A stretch of 64,000 nt of DNA from a virus: positions 1 through 64,000 of the IMG/VR virus record IMGVR_UViG_3300045004_000088; one strand, written 5' to 3'. Position 1 is the stretch's first letter, and every line of letters starts with the position of its first letter. The translations under genes were made by a program, and so were the position numbers. The notes under the pieces were generated by a model. The model was not told where the DNA came from. It made no database searches and worked only from the letters and a program-made list of their open reading frames with translations. Of the stretch, positions 33,578 to 43,692 are shown in pieces.

Positions 33578-36500
33578 ATGGCTGATCCGCAACTTCACGT
33601 CGTAGTCGATGCAATCGGCCGCAACGTAAACATGAACATCGACCCAAACCAGTGGGACGAACTGAAAAGTTCGATCACCGCCGGTATGAAGTCAGTTGTC
33701 GGGGAAGTCGCGTCGGTCATCAGCCAGAAAACGTCGTCCCAGTGCAAGTCAATCGAAGCAGCTTTGAACGAAATGAGTTCGAGTTTCGCTGAAGAAATAT
33801 CGGGCCTGAAGCGGGTGATGAACGAACTCGGCCAGAAGATCGACAACATCGGCAAGGGAACGGGAACCCCAACTCTCGGCGGCGACGTAAGCGGTTCCTT
33901 GGGCGTGATTCAAACGAACACTCAGGCCGTTTTAGACTACGTCAAGGGCGAATTCAAAACCGCGTTTGCTGGTCAGGCGTCCGACATTCGTGCAATGAAA
34001 GATATGGCGTCAACGCCGGGCAAGTTCTTCACACACGACCAAGAAACACACAGACTGCTAGGCGGCTTGAAAGCCGCCATCGAAGCATGCTGTCCGGGTT
34101 CTTCGGTCGTTGACAAGACCCCATCCGTAGCTCCTTCGCCGACAGAAAGGGCGGCTCCGAGTGCGGCACCATCGGGTGGCGGTGGTGGCGGGGGTGGTGG
34201 CGGGGGCGGTGGCGGGCCGAGTCCGATGGACCGTGCCAGAGCATTTGAAGCGGCCATGAATGCCGCGACCACGTCAAACGAGGGCATGAACGACTCGCTC
34301 ACGCGGGGTCGAAGGGCTTATCGTCAGCACCGCGAAGACATGATGGCGACGGATGACGCACTTGAAGGTTTCATCGGCCACGTCGCCGATCTTCAAGAGG
34401 CGTTTTTCGTCTTCTCGAAGGACATGAGTTTCTTGAAGGATACGTTCCTCGGCACCTTCAAGTCCATGTTCAAGGAAGCCGTACACGAAGAAGTCAAGTT
34501 CATCAAAGAGACGCGGGCCGCGATCAACGAGACGCAAGGTCTGACAGCCGAGACACGAGGTCTTCAAGACGCGATGACGGACATCGGCAAGACCGCCAAG
34601 ACAACCGGCGTCGGCCGCTCCGAGTTCCAGGCGTCTTACCTGAAGGCTCTGAAGTCGGGCATCAAGGACCAGAAGATCGCGATGGCGGTTACGACGGCCC
34701 AGTTGAACACCGAGAAGCAGTTGGGTCTTGAGGCCGGCGAACTGACCGAAGAGTTCATCAAGTGGAACAACCAGTACAACATGTCCACCATGCAGATCGC
34801 CGAAATGGGGCGGGGCATGCGGGACATCGCACGCTACACAGGCTTGACGGGCAAGGAACTCGCCAACGCCGTCAAACAGGGTGACAACTTCGTTGAGGTT
34901 CTCCGCAACGCCGCCATGTTGAGTGCGAGCGCAGCCAAGAACGTCATGGAGATCGCCGCCAACGCCCAAAAGATGGGTGTGACTAAGCAGATCGAACCGC
35001 TGATCAAGGCGATGGCATCGACCAACAACTTGTTCCGCGAAGCGTCGAGCGAGACTCGCGCCTTCCTGTTCCAAGCCGCCGCCCAGGTCGGTCGCACGGG
35101 CGACTTGATGAAGGGTACGATCCTCAAGACGAAGGGCGGCATCAAGGACATGGAGAAGGGCATGGAGATGATGCTGAAGAAATTCGGCGTCCAATCCGTT
35201 GAGGCCATCGACAACCTGTCCGACGAAGCCAAGATGAAGCTCAACCTCCAGTTGAAGGCCGCATACGGTCTTGAACTCGGCGAGTTGCAGCAGTCGCTGA
35301 AGGCGTTGAAAGAGTCCAGCAAAACCCTGGCCGACCGCCTCGATGACATCCGCAAGAAACAACAAGGCAACCTCACGCTGGAAGAAAAACTGGCGTTGAA
35401 GGAAGAGGAGCGTCGTCTCAAAACGAGCAAGAGCTTCGAGATGTTGACGAGTTTGGACGAGGCGGCTAAGGGCGCTAAGGACATGAACGCCGCGTTGTCC
35501 AAGTTCGGAGAAAGAAGGAAGGACTTCGAGGGCGACCTGAAGGCGATGGGTAAGTCGTGGGGCAGCAACGCCGGTGCAGCCCGTGACGCCATCAACGAAG
35601 CTTTGAAGGGTGTCAACGAGTCGCTGAAGGCGTCCGGCAAGTCGGAACTGAGTATCGACTCTTCTGAGATCGAGAAGGCGTTGAAAGACCCTGCGGCGTT
35701 CCGCGAACTGTCGGCCAAGTTGACTAAGGCCGAACAAGAAGCCGCGACCGCACAGAAGGCCGCTCTGGACCCGATGAGCAAGATCGAGCAGGGCGTCCGC
35801 GAACTGAACGACACGATGAGGAACTTCACCAGCAGTTTCCTTTCAAGTTACATGAACTTGACGGGAGTGTTGGGCGTATTGGCTCCGCTCTTGGGCATGA
35901 TGGCGGCACAACAGGCGTTGTCCATCGCACGGTGGCGGGCCGACAAGGACTTCGGTGTGATGGGTGTGCTTAAAAAAGGCTTGGGCAAGATCTTCGGTTA
36001 CGGCGGCAAGAAGAAGGGCGGGGCGGGGGACGTTGCACCCGGTGCGGCGGCTGGTTCAGGAGTTGATGCGGGCAAGGGCGTCGAGGCTTTGGCAAAAGAC
36101 GGTTTGGGCGGCGTGTCTCACGTCGAAGACGACACGGTAGCAGGGTTGCTGCGTCAGTTGCTTCACTGCCTGTGCAGTCCGAAGGCCAACGGGATCGAGA
36201 ACGACGAGTTCAAAAACATCGGCAAGAAGAATAAGGCCAATGCCGCCCAGATCGAACAAGGAGCGGTCGCCAAAGCGGAGAAGAAGGCGGGCGGGGCAGC
36301 GGCCAAAGAAAAAAGCAAGGCGTCGGCTGGTGGCGACGACACCAAATCGATCCTAGACAAGATCGAGAAACTGAAGGGGGACGGACCAAGAATCGCTAAA
36401 GCGGCCGGCATCATCGCGGCACTGACAATCGGAATCGTGCTGTTGGGCGCGGTGTTGATCAAGTTGGCTAACATGTTGTTCAGCAAATTGAAGCTGGACA

Positions 36501-39500
36501 TCAAGACGGTCATCGAGACGGCCGCGATCATCGGCGTGATCATGGGAGCGGCTGGACTGATCGGCACCGCCTTGTACTACGCCAAGCCACACCTCGACAA
36601 ACTCGCGGATGCCGAAAAGGACATCAACGCGATGGTCAAGAACATGTGGAAGGGCGCTAAGGCGTTGGCGAAGTTGTCGGGTCCGCTGCTCGTGTTTGCG
36701 GCGGAACTCGCGATCTTCGGCAAGATCGTTCTGGGTGCGTTGGGGCTGAGTCCGGGCAGGTTGCTCCTGATCGCCGGAACGTGGATCGCGTTGGCTCTCG
36801 GTATCGCCGGAATCGCGGAAGCGATTGTCCGGTCTGGGCCGATGTACGCACAACTCCCGGTCGCCACGAAGATGATGCACACGCTCCACAAAGAACTGTG
36901 GGCCGCTGTAGGTGCGTTCGGACTCGTGACTCTGCCGCTGATCGCGTTCGCCGCAATCATGGCGTTGTTCGGTTACGTCGTGATCGACAAGTTCGGGTTG
37001 ACTCCGGGCCGCATGTTCGCCATTGCAGCGACGTGGTTGATCCTCGCCGTCGCGGTCGGAGCCATCGGGTACGCTCTCACGGCTTCGTTGCCGGGATGGG
37101 CGACAATGGGTGCCGGTCTGAGTGCCGTGTGGTCGATCTATCCGATGCTGTGGAGTGCGGTGGCGGCGTTCGCGCTAGTCAGCTTGCCGCTCATCGCGTT
37201 CGCGGGCCTTCTCGCACTGTTCGGATACGTTGTCATCGACAAGTTCGGCCTGAGTCCGGGCCGCATGTTCGCCATTGCAGCGACGTGGTTGATCCTCGCC
37301 GTCGCGGTCGGAGCCATCGGGTACGCTCTTGCCGCCTCGTTGCCCGGATGGGTAACGATGGGTGCCGGTCTGTCGGTGATCTGGGCGTTGATGCCGGTGT
37401 TGCTAAACGCAGTGGCCGCATTCGCCTTAGTGAGTCTGCCGATCATCGCGTTCGCGGCACTTCTTGCAGGGTTCGGGTACATCGTAATTGATCAACTCGG
37501 ATTGACTCCGGGCCGTATGTTCCAGATTGCAGCGACATGGTTGATCCTCGCCGTCGCGGTCGGGGCCATCGGTTACGCTCTAACGGCATCGTTGCCCGGA
37601 TGGGTAACGATGGGTGTCGGTCTGGGTGTGATCTGGTCGCTGCTCCCCCTGTTGTTCATGGCGGTTGCGGCCTTCGCGCTAGTGAGTTTGCCAATCGTGG
37701 CGTTCGCTGCGATTCTGGCCGCGTTCGGGACAATCGTAATTGACGAGCTTGGGTTGACGCCGAGTCGGATGTTCGACATCGCGGCGACGTGGCTGGTACT
37801 GGCAATCGGTATTGGGGCAATCTCCTACGCACTGATTGAGGCGACTCCGGGCTGGAGCATGTTGGGTATCGCCTACCCGTTCCTGCTTTACGCATACGGC
37901 TTGATGTGGTTGGGCGTGGGAGCATTCGCACTGGTAAGCTTGCCGATTCTCGCTCTGGCCGAGATCATCGCCGAGTTCGGCGACACGCTTGACGAACTGG
38001 GTCTGACCCCGGAACGGATGAAGCAGATCGGCGAGACGTTCGTGACGCTGTCTGAGACGATTGGCGAATTGTGCATGTCGATGTTGGGAGCCACCGCGAA
38101 ATTGGCGGTCCTCGGCGTTCTGAGCATCTTCTCCGTTCTGATGATGAGCCTCGCGATGTTGGGCGTCGGTGCCTTCGCGGTGCTGGCGATCCCGATTTTG
38201 GCTCTTGGCAGTGCGATCTCCAACTTCGGCCGGACGATCATTGACGACATGGGCCTGACCCCAGAACGAATGCAAGCCATTCAAGATTCGTTCACCTCGT
38301 TGACCGACACGATTAGGAGCCTGTCTTGGAAAATGATTTCGGCAACGGCGTCACTATCGTTATTGGGCGTGCTTTTGATATTCTCAACTTTGGCTTCCAC
38401 GTTTATATGGATGGGCGCGTTGGCATTCCTCGTGATGATGGGGCCGTTCCAGTTCTTGGCATACATGCTTTCCAAGTTCGCCGAATCAGTTGACATTGAA
38501 GGGGTGAAAAAAGCTGGTGAAATTTGCGAGGCGATTGCCAAGACGATTAGTACGATTCCGCCAGTCATCAAGTCACTAACCGACGAATTATTACCGTTGA
38601 TGGAACCGCGTTGGTGGGGTCTTGTTGGGCCAAGCAAGATGGAAAAAGCTCTTAAGGTAACAACAGGTTTCTTCAGTAAGAACTTTGCAGCAATCTTGAG
38701 TTTTATTTCTTACGGCATTATTGATCCAATCTTTGGCATTGGTCCCGGTGCCGCAGGTGTTAAACTCAATCCTCGCGACATTCAGACGGCCGCGAACGTG
38801 ATGAAGGGGCTGGCTGATATGCTACCTGCTATTCCACCTGTGATTGACGCACTGAATGGCCCAATTGCCGATCTGTCTAAAAAAAGTTGGTTTGGATACG
38901 GCAGTAACAAATTAGAAAAAACTCTGAATAAACTAAAAGACGGTTTCCATTCAAGTTTTGCGGCAATTTTGAATTTCATTTCTTACGGTATTATTGATCC
39001 GATATTTGGTATCGGTGCCGGTGCTTTTGGCACTAAACTAAATCCACGAGATGTTCAAACCGCCGGTAAGATTATGAAGGGGCTGGCAGAAATGCTACCT
39101 GCTATTCCACCTGTGATTGACGCACTGAATGGCCCAATTGCCGATCTGAGCAGCAAAGGCTGGTTCAGCGGCAAGAATAAGTTGCAGAAAACGTTAGCCA
39201 AGTTGCAACAAGGTTTCCAGCAGAACTTCACGGCGATTTTAAGTTTCATATCACATGGTATTATTGGCCCTATATTCGGTGCCGGCCAAGCCGAGGGCGA
39301 GGGCATTATGTTAAACCCACGCTACATTCAAATGGCTGCAAATGTGATGAAAGGTCTGGCCGATATGCTTCCGGCCATCGGAACCATGATTGACACTCTC
39401 GGCAGTGGAATTCAGAAAATCCTGAAAAGCAGCAAAATGCGGATGAAGATGGACGCAATCGAAACGTTCGCGACATGGTTCGCGAACGTAGCCCGCTTGC

Positions 39501-41377
39501 TGACCGAAGGTATGGTGATTCCGATCAAGACGCAGTTCCCGACCGTGGACGAAGTTCAGGACATGGGCGGAAGACTTGAAGGAATGACGCAGATCGTTGC
39601 CAAATTGCCGAAGTTCATGGAGGATCTGTACTCCAAGATTAAAGAAGGTTTGGCACTGTTAGATCAAAACAAGATCGAGGGCAACGAGGTAACACGATTT
39701 ACGATATGGTTCTATAACGTTGCCTCGATGTTGAACTTCGGTATTGTGATGCCGATCACGACCGGATTCCCGCCACAGAAAGAAGCGGACGACGCTATCG
39801 CCAAGCTCGACAAGATGACAGAGATCGTATCAAAGTTGCCGTCAATCGTTCAGAGCTTGAGCGAGGCGACGGCCGGCGCTCGCGAGATGATGAAGAGTTC
39901 GGGCATTTGGGGCGCGTACCGCGACATGGACATGTTCATGTGGGAAGCGGGCTTCATCATCCGTCGCGGCGTGATGGAGCCGATGCAGACATGGCCGAAA
40001 GACAGCGAGATGACCGACGCCGTTGCCCGCATCACCAAGATGGACGAAATGTTCAAGACGATGGCTCAGGCTATGGAAAGCATGGCCGCGTCAGCTAAAG
40101 CTATGGCTTCTGTTGATCTAAGTCAGTCTATGAACATGGGGAGTTTGGGCAACCCTGAAAATGGCAACTTAGCCGAGTTCGTGAGTGCGTTCGCGGAACA
40201 GAACGCCGAGTCGATGGGCATGAACGATACTAATTCTTTGGTTGATGTGATGGGTCAACAATCTCCACAAATCACATCGATGCAAAGTGCTTTGCGAATT
40301 GTCGAGAACTACACCCACGACATCAAGGATCTGTTCGAGCGGTCGTCCAGTGTCATCGGTGACATCCAGAAGACCAGCGAGTACATGTCGATGTTCGGTG
40401 ATTTGGACTTCTACGAGAACCAGATCTCCGAGAAGATCGCGCAGAGCAAGCAGTTCGTGCCGACCGTCCAGAGGATTGCAGAGAACATCGGTAAAGGCTT
40501 CGACTTTGCCGGCGGCAAGGCGTTGCTCGAAACCATCGCCGGACAGAAAGTCCGCATGGATGAAATGGCGGCGGGTCTGAAGGAAACAGAAGACTACACC
40601 AAGAAATTGGCGGAAATCTTCACGATGGCGAACAACGCCGTCAACATGATCAAGCAGACCACCAACAACCTGACGCAACTCAATGCCATCAAAGACGTTG
40701 AGAAAGAAATTACGGCCAAGATCGCGTCGGGCAACAGCTTCATGGTGTCGGTGTTGAAGACGGTCGAGGCGGTCGCCACCAACTTCGGAACCAACGAAGA
40801 GGTCAAGACGACTCTGATGGGTGTGCAGGCCAAGATCAAGGCGGCGGGCGACACGAATCAGGCGTTGACCGACTCTTTAAAGTTCATCGAGACGGTTAAA
40901 CAGTTGCAGAGCAACGTGTTGTCAATCGGCCAAATGGCCAAAGACAAGCCGCTTGGCGGTGGCGTGCCGGGTGCCGGCGCTCCTGTCAGCATCCCGGCCG
41001 CTAAGACCGGATTGAGTACGCCTGAGCCGGTACAGACCGCTTCGACAACGGGCGCGGCCAACTTGGACGTTGAGAAGACGATCATGAGAGATCAGGCGAC
41101 TTCTCAGCCGCCGGCCGGTGGCAACAAGAACGCGGTCGATTTCAGCAACTTGCAGAAGGCGATTGAAGAGAACAAGATGACCAACGACGAGATCCTCAGC
41201 GTGCTTCAGGCCATGTTGCGGCTGATGACGCCGCGTTCTGGAAGCAACACGGCACCGGGCGGGGACACGAATACATATTCGCGTCCCGACAAGCCGGCTG
41301 CTTACTACCGCGCACCCGTTGGCGACTTCAACAGTTCCGCAGGTAAGGGTGCCACCAACATGGTAAGGACCAGATAA
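33578..41377 (+). CDS. tail tape measure protein (2599 aa) with poly-Gly tract, helical N-terminal third, 7 tandem 84-aa tri-TM repeats and 3 tandem 90-aa repeats
   Basis: Size, position before the baseplate genes, GAGGA RBS; repeats read directly. Confidence 0.8.
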   Translation: MADPQLHVVVDAIGRNVNMNIDPNQWDELKSSITAGMKSVVGEVASVISQKTSSQCKSIEAALNEMSSSFAEEISGLKRVMNELGQKIDNIGKGTGTPTLGGDVSGSLGVIQTNTQAVLDYVKGEFKTAFAGQASDIRAMKDMASTPGKFFTHDQETHRLLGGLKAAIEACCPGSSVVDKTPSVAPSPTERAAPSAAPSGGGGGGGGGGGGGGPSPMDRARAFEAAMNAATTSNEGMNDSLTRGRRAYRQHREDMMATDDALEGFIGHVADLQEAFFVFSKDMSFLKDTFLGTFKSMFKEAVHEEVKFIKETRAAINETQGLTAETRGLQDAMTDIGKTAKTTGVGRSEFQASYLKALKSGIKDQKIAMAVTTAQLNTEKQLGLEAGELTEEFIKWNNQYNMSTMQIAEMGRGMRDIARYTGLTGKELANAVKQGDNFVEVLRNAAMLSASAAKNVMEIAANAQKMGVTKQIEPLIKAMASTNNLFREASSETRAFLFQAAAQVGRTGDLMKGTILKTKGGIKDMEKGMEMMLKKFGVQSVEAIDNLSDEAKMKLNLQLKAAYGLELGELQQSLKALKESSKTLADRLDDIRKKQQGNLTLEEKLALKEEERRLKTSKSFEMLTSLDEAAKGAKDMNAALSKFGERRKDFEGDLKAMGKSWGSNAGAARDAINEALKGVNESLKASGKSELSIDSSEIEKALKDPAAFRELSAKLTKAEQEAATAQKAALDPMSKIEQGVRELNDTMRNFTSSFLSSYMNLTGVLGVLAPLLGMMAAQQALSIARWRADKDFGVMGVLKKGLGKIFGYGGKKKGGAGDVAPGAAAGSGVDAGKGVEALAKDGLGGVSHVEDDTVAGLLRQLLHCLCSPKANGIENDEFKNIGKKNKANAAQIEQGAVAKAEKKAGGAAAKEKSKASAGGDDTKSILDKIEKLKGDGPRIAKAAGIIAALTIGIVLLGAVLIKLANMLFSKLKLDIKTVIETAAIIGVIMGAAGLIGTALYYAKPHLDKLADAEKDINAMVKNMWKGAKALAKLSGPLLVFAAELAIFGKIVLGALGLSPGRLLLIAGTWIALALGIAGIAEAIVRSGPMYAQLPVATKMMHTLHKELWAAVGAFGLVTLPLIAFAAIMALFGYVVIDKFGLTPGRMFAIAATWLILAVAVGAIGYALTASLPGWATMGAGLSAVWSIYPMLWSAVAAFALVSLPLIAFAGLLALFGYVVIDKFGLSPGRMFAIAATWLILAVAVGAIGYALAASLPGWVTMGAGLSVIWALMPVLLNAVAAFALVSLPIIAFAALLAGFGYIVIDQLGLTPGRMFQIAATWLILAVAVGAIGYALTASLPGWVTMGVGLGVIWSLLPLLFMAVAAFALVSLPIVAFAAILAAFGTIVIDELGLTPSRMFDIAATWLVLAIGIGAISYALIEATPGWSMLGIAYPFLLYAYGLMWLGVGAFALVSLPILALAEIIAEFGDTLDELGLTPERMKQIGETFVTLSETIGELCMSMLGATAKLAVLGVLSIFSVLMMSLAMLGVGAFAVLAIPILALGSAISNFGRTIIDDMGLTPERMQAIQDSFTSLTDTIRSLSWKMISATASLSLLGVLLIFSTLASTFIWMGALAFLVMMGPFQFLAYMLSKFAESVDIEGVKKAGEICEAIAKTISTIPPVIKSLTDELLPLMEPRWWGLVGPSKMEKALKVTTGFFSKNFAAILSFISYGIIDPIFGIGPGAAGVKLNPRDIQTAANVMKGLADMLPAIPPVIDALNGPIADLSKKSWFGYGSNKLEKTLNKLKDGFHSSFAAILNFISYGIIDPIFGIGAGAFGTKLNPRDVQTAGKIMKGLAEMLPAIPPVIDALNGPIADLSSKGWFSGKNKLQKTLAKLQQGFQQNFTAILSFISHGIIGPIFGAGQAEGEGIMLNPRYIQMAANVMKGLADMLPAIGTMIDTLGSGIQKILKSSKMRMKMDAIETFATWFANVARLLTEGMVIPIKTQFPTVDEVQDMGGRLEGMTQIVAKLPKFMEDLYSKIKEGLALLDQNKIEGNEVTRFTIWFYNVASMLNFGIVMPITTGFPPQKEADDAIAKLDKMTEIVSKLPSIVQSLSEATAGAREMMKSSGIWGAYRDMDMFMWEAGFIIRRGVMEPMQTWPKDSEMTDAVARITKMDEMFKTMAQAMESMAASAKAMASVDLSQSMNMGSLGNPENGNLAEFVSAFAEQNAESMGMNDTNSLVDVMGQQSPQITSMQSALRIVENYTHDIKDLFERSSSVIGDIQKTSEYMSMFGDLDFYENQISEKIAQSKQFVPTVQRIAENIGKGFDFAGGKALLETIAGQKVRMDEMAAGLKETEDYTKKLAEIFTMANNAVNMIKQTTNNLTQLNAIKDVEKEITAKIASGNSFMVSVLKTVEAVATNFGTNEEVKTTLMGVQAKIKAAGDTNQALTDSLKFIETVKQLQSNVLSIGQMAKDKPLGGGVPGAGAPVSIPAAKTGLSTPEPVQTASTTGAANLDVEKTIMRDQATSQPPAGGNKNAVDFSNLQKAIEENKMTNDEILSVLQAMLRLMTPRSGSNTAPGGDTNTYSRPDKPAAYYRAPVGDFNSSAGKGATNMVRTR
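34177..34220 (+). repeat. (GGN)13 simple-sequence tract encoding Gly13 within the tape measure gene
   Basis: Read directly. Confidence 0.8.
36757..38520 (+). repeat. 7 tandem copies of a 252-bp unit (84 aa, about 3 TM helices each) inside the tape measure gene; copies 2-4 nearly identical at DNA level
   Basis: Unit anchors at 36757, 37009, 37261, 37513, 37765, 38017 and 38269, all 252 bp apart. Confidence 0.8.
38708..39520 (+). repeat. 3 tandem roughly 270-bp units (SYGIIDPIFGIG...NPRDIQTA...MLPAIPPVIDALNGPIADL) in an AT-rich part of the tape measure gene
   Basis: Read directly at 38708, 38981 and 39251. Confidence 0.7.
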
Positions 41378-41916
41378 TGGCTAGAGCTACGGAAAAAGGC
41401 TCGTGCAGACTGAAACCTATCAGGAATTGTTACATCACAATTCCCGGCTACGGCCCGATCTTCATGAACAACTTGCCCGAACTGAGCGACGGCAAGAGCG
41501 CCAGTTATCCTGACACGACGATCATTGGTCGTTCGTTCCCGATCAAGGCGTTCAGCCACTCGGAAAACAGGTCGATCAGTTGGGCGATGCACTTGTTCGT
41601 CGTGTCGAAGCAGGACATCAACGACAACTTGATCTTGATGAGGAAGCTGGAGTCCTGTGTCTATCCGAGGAACACGGGACCGGGTCCGTATGCGCCGCCG
41701 CTGATCTGTCAGTTGAAGTGCGGGGAGCTTCTGAGTGTGGGGAACCAGCCTTTGAACGCGGTTCTGAAAAGTTACAGTGTGAAATTCCCGACCGACGTGG
41801 CGTGGGATGAAGACAAGCTTACTCCATTTAAGATGGACATCGATCTCAGCTTCGAGGTCGTTTATAGCAGCAACAATTTGCCTGGGGCCGAAAGAATTGT
41901 CAACCTGGGCATGTAA
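41377..41916 (+). CDS. tail protein of unknown function (179 aa)
   Basis: TAATG coupling to the tape measure gene. Confidence 0.5.
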   Translation: MARATEKGSCRLKPIRNCYITIPGYGPIFMNNLPELSDGKSASYPDTTIIGRSFPIKAFSHSENRSISWAMHLFVVSKQDINDNLILMRKLESCVYPRNTGPGPYAPPLICQLKCGELLSVGNQPLNAVLKSYSVKFPTDVAWDEDKLTPFKMDIDLSFEVVYSSNNLPGAERIVNLGM

Positions 41917-41928
41917 ACCGAGGTGACA

Positions 41929-42249
41929 GTGGCCAACTTCTTTGAAGAAACGAACATAAACCCCAGAACTTACTTCACTGCCGCGAGTCGGTATTCCGAC
42001 TCGACCATCTGCTATTACACGGACATGAAACGCCTGTCACTTACGACGTACAAGCGTGGCGTTTCTGCCGTGACCCCCAACGACAAATTCATGGTAATCG
42101 GGAAGGGCCAAGAGTACCGTCCCGATCTGGTCAGTAGTCGCGTCTACGGTCTGCCCGATTTCTGGTGGCGGATCATGGAGGCTAACGGGATCTACGACAT
42201 TTACGACTTCAAGGCCGGCGTCAACATCCGAATCCCCTCAATGATCTAA
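41929..42249 (+). CDS. LysM-like tail protein (gpX-like; ...GLPDFWWRIMEANGIYD...IKAGVNIRIPS)
   Basis: C-terminal LysM-like pattern; GTG with GAGGTGA RBS (the track start is a GTG at 41923). Confidence 0.45.
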   Translation: MANFFEETNINPRTYFTAASRYSDSTICYYTDMKRLSLTTYKRGVSAVTPNDKFMVIGKGQEYRPDLVSSRVYGLPDFWWRIMEANGIYDIYDFKAGVNIRIPSMI

Positions 42250-42258
42250 GGAAAACGT

Positions 42259-43692
42259 ATGTCTTGTAACGCAATTTGTTTGCCAGAATATCAATGTGGT
42301 GATCTACAAAAAATAAAGCCCAACACTGGCGCGGTTTACGCACCATTTGTGACAATGACATTGGGTGGAACTATCACCGTTGGTAACAAATCATTCCCAG
42401 GAGAACCCAACACAGCCTGCATCAAATCTTTTGAATTTGGCGGCTCGACTGGTGCTGGCTGTACTGTAGAAATAATTGATGAATCTGGTGGTAGTTTTGT
42501 GAGATATTTCAATGCAGTTAACAAAAATTTATGTCAAGCCGCCGATGATCACAATATGGAAATTAACTTTGGATGGATCTCCAGATCGACAGATGGAAAT
42601 TTAACCAAAATCGGAATTCCTGAAGGGCCGATATTTTTCATACCCGGAAAAATAGAAAGCGTGTACGAAGGAGGTGTTATAAAATACACGTTGAATGGAA
42701 CCGATATGTTAACCCACATGGCAGAAAGTCGCGTGCAAGTACCTGTTGGAACAGAATCAAATAAAGTTAGATTGATGCCGGCGGTAAGAAAAATGGCGTC
42801 AAGAAATTGTCCACCACTCAATAACATCAGATATTTAAGACGAAATGGACCAAATCTAACTGAATGGAGATTCAAAAATAGTGATGGCGGGCCAGAGGGT
42901 CCAATGGGAGTTTGGCAGGGAGATCAACAAAATCCTATTTCGGCCATGAGAAAATTTTTCAATTCCTTGACGACAGACCGTAATAAAGGATTTTATGCTA
43001 TTTGGAACTCTGGGTCATCAGTTCCAGAACTTTGGTTCATGGAAGATTCGCGACCATATTGTGACGAAACGTCTAATGGATTTTTTTGTGCTGGAACTTA
43101 CATTGTAAACGGAGGAGATTGCAGCCCTGTAATTAGCTTTAACCCAAAAGCAGAATGGCAATATACTGCTGATCTTAATTCGGGTGGTAACTTGGGAGGT
43201 GCCACATCTGCTAAGAATATAGAACAACGACCGCCAATAGAACAAAGACGAAGCGGGAATTGTAAGGACATAACCACTACTCAACGTGGTGCTGGTACTA
43301 CAACACAATTCGCCGCACCACAAAACGACATCAATTGGCGGTCGCCAGATCAAATTACTCCAAAAATGCAAAAAGCTATGGCGGAACACGAAACGGCGGC
43401 ACACTACAAAGAGCTGCAAGCGCCTATGGAAGCCGAGTTAAAAATACATGGCGACACAAGCTTTGTCCATCAATCGCGATGGGCCGATGCTGTTGTTTCG
43501 ATAATCGTAATAAATCCATTTCAAATTTTTTCAGGTGGTTCATACCACGAATGGCTCGCCGGGCCAATGTGTAACCCAATTTTTTCAGACAAAGAATGGA
43601 TGATAAAAGGTGTTAACCATCAAATTTCTGATGGAGCTTATACTACGACCTTAAAAGTACAATGTATGAATGTAAACAAGACTGAACAATAA
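42259..43692 (+). CDS. tail/baseplate protein (477 aa, AT-rich gene; positional analog of Mu gp43 or P2 gpD)
   Basis: Position and size; sharply lower GC than neighbouring genes. Confidence 0.5.
   Translation: MSCNAICLPEYQCGDLQKIKPNTGAVYAPFVTMTLGGTITVGNKSFPGEPNTACIKSFEFGGSTGAGCTVEIIDESGGSFVRYFNAVNKNLCQAADDHNMEINFGWISRSTDGNLTKIGIPEGPIFFIPGKIESVYEGGVIKYTLNGTDMLTHMAESRVQVPVGTESNKVRLMPAVRKMASRNCPPLNNIRYLRRNGPNLTEWRFKNSDGGPEGPMGVWQGDQQNPISAMRKFFNSLTTDRNKGFYAIWNSGSSVPELWFMEDSRPYCDETSNGFFCAGTYIVNGGDCSPVISFNPKAEWQYTADLNSGGNLGGATSAKNIEQRPPIEQRRSGNCKDITTTQRGAGTTTQFAAPQNDINWRSPDQITPKMQKAMAEHETAAHYKELQAPMEAELKIHGDTSFVHQSRWADAVVSIIVINPFQIFSGGSYHEWLAGPMCNPIFSDKEWMIKGVNHQISDGAYTTTLKVQCMNVNKTEQ

Noticed and set aside
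34274-35737. 487-aa minus-strand ORF and 331-aa minus-strand ORF (34834-35829) inside the tape measure gene
   Set aside because: They are antisense shadow ORFs of a 7.8-kb gene with good coding features on the plus strand.
36757-38520. Tandem repeats in the tape measure gene and at 62340-62700, considered as a possible CRISPR array
   Set aside because: The repeats are contiguous with no spacers. They are in frame within long ORFs and far longer or shorter than CRISPR units. They are coding tandem repeats.
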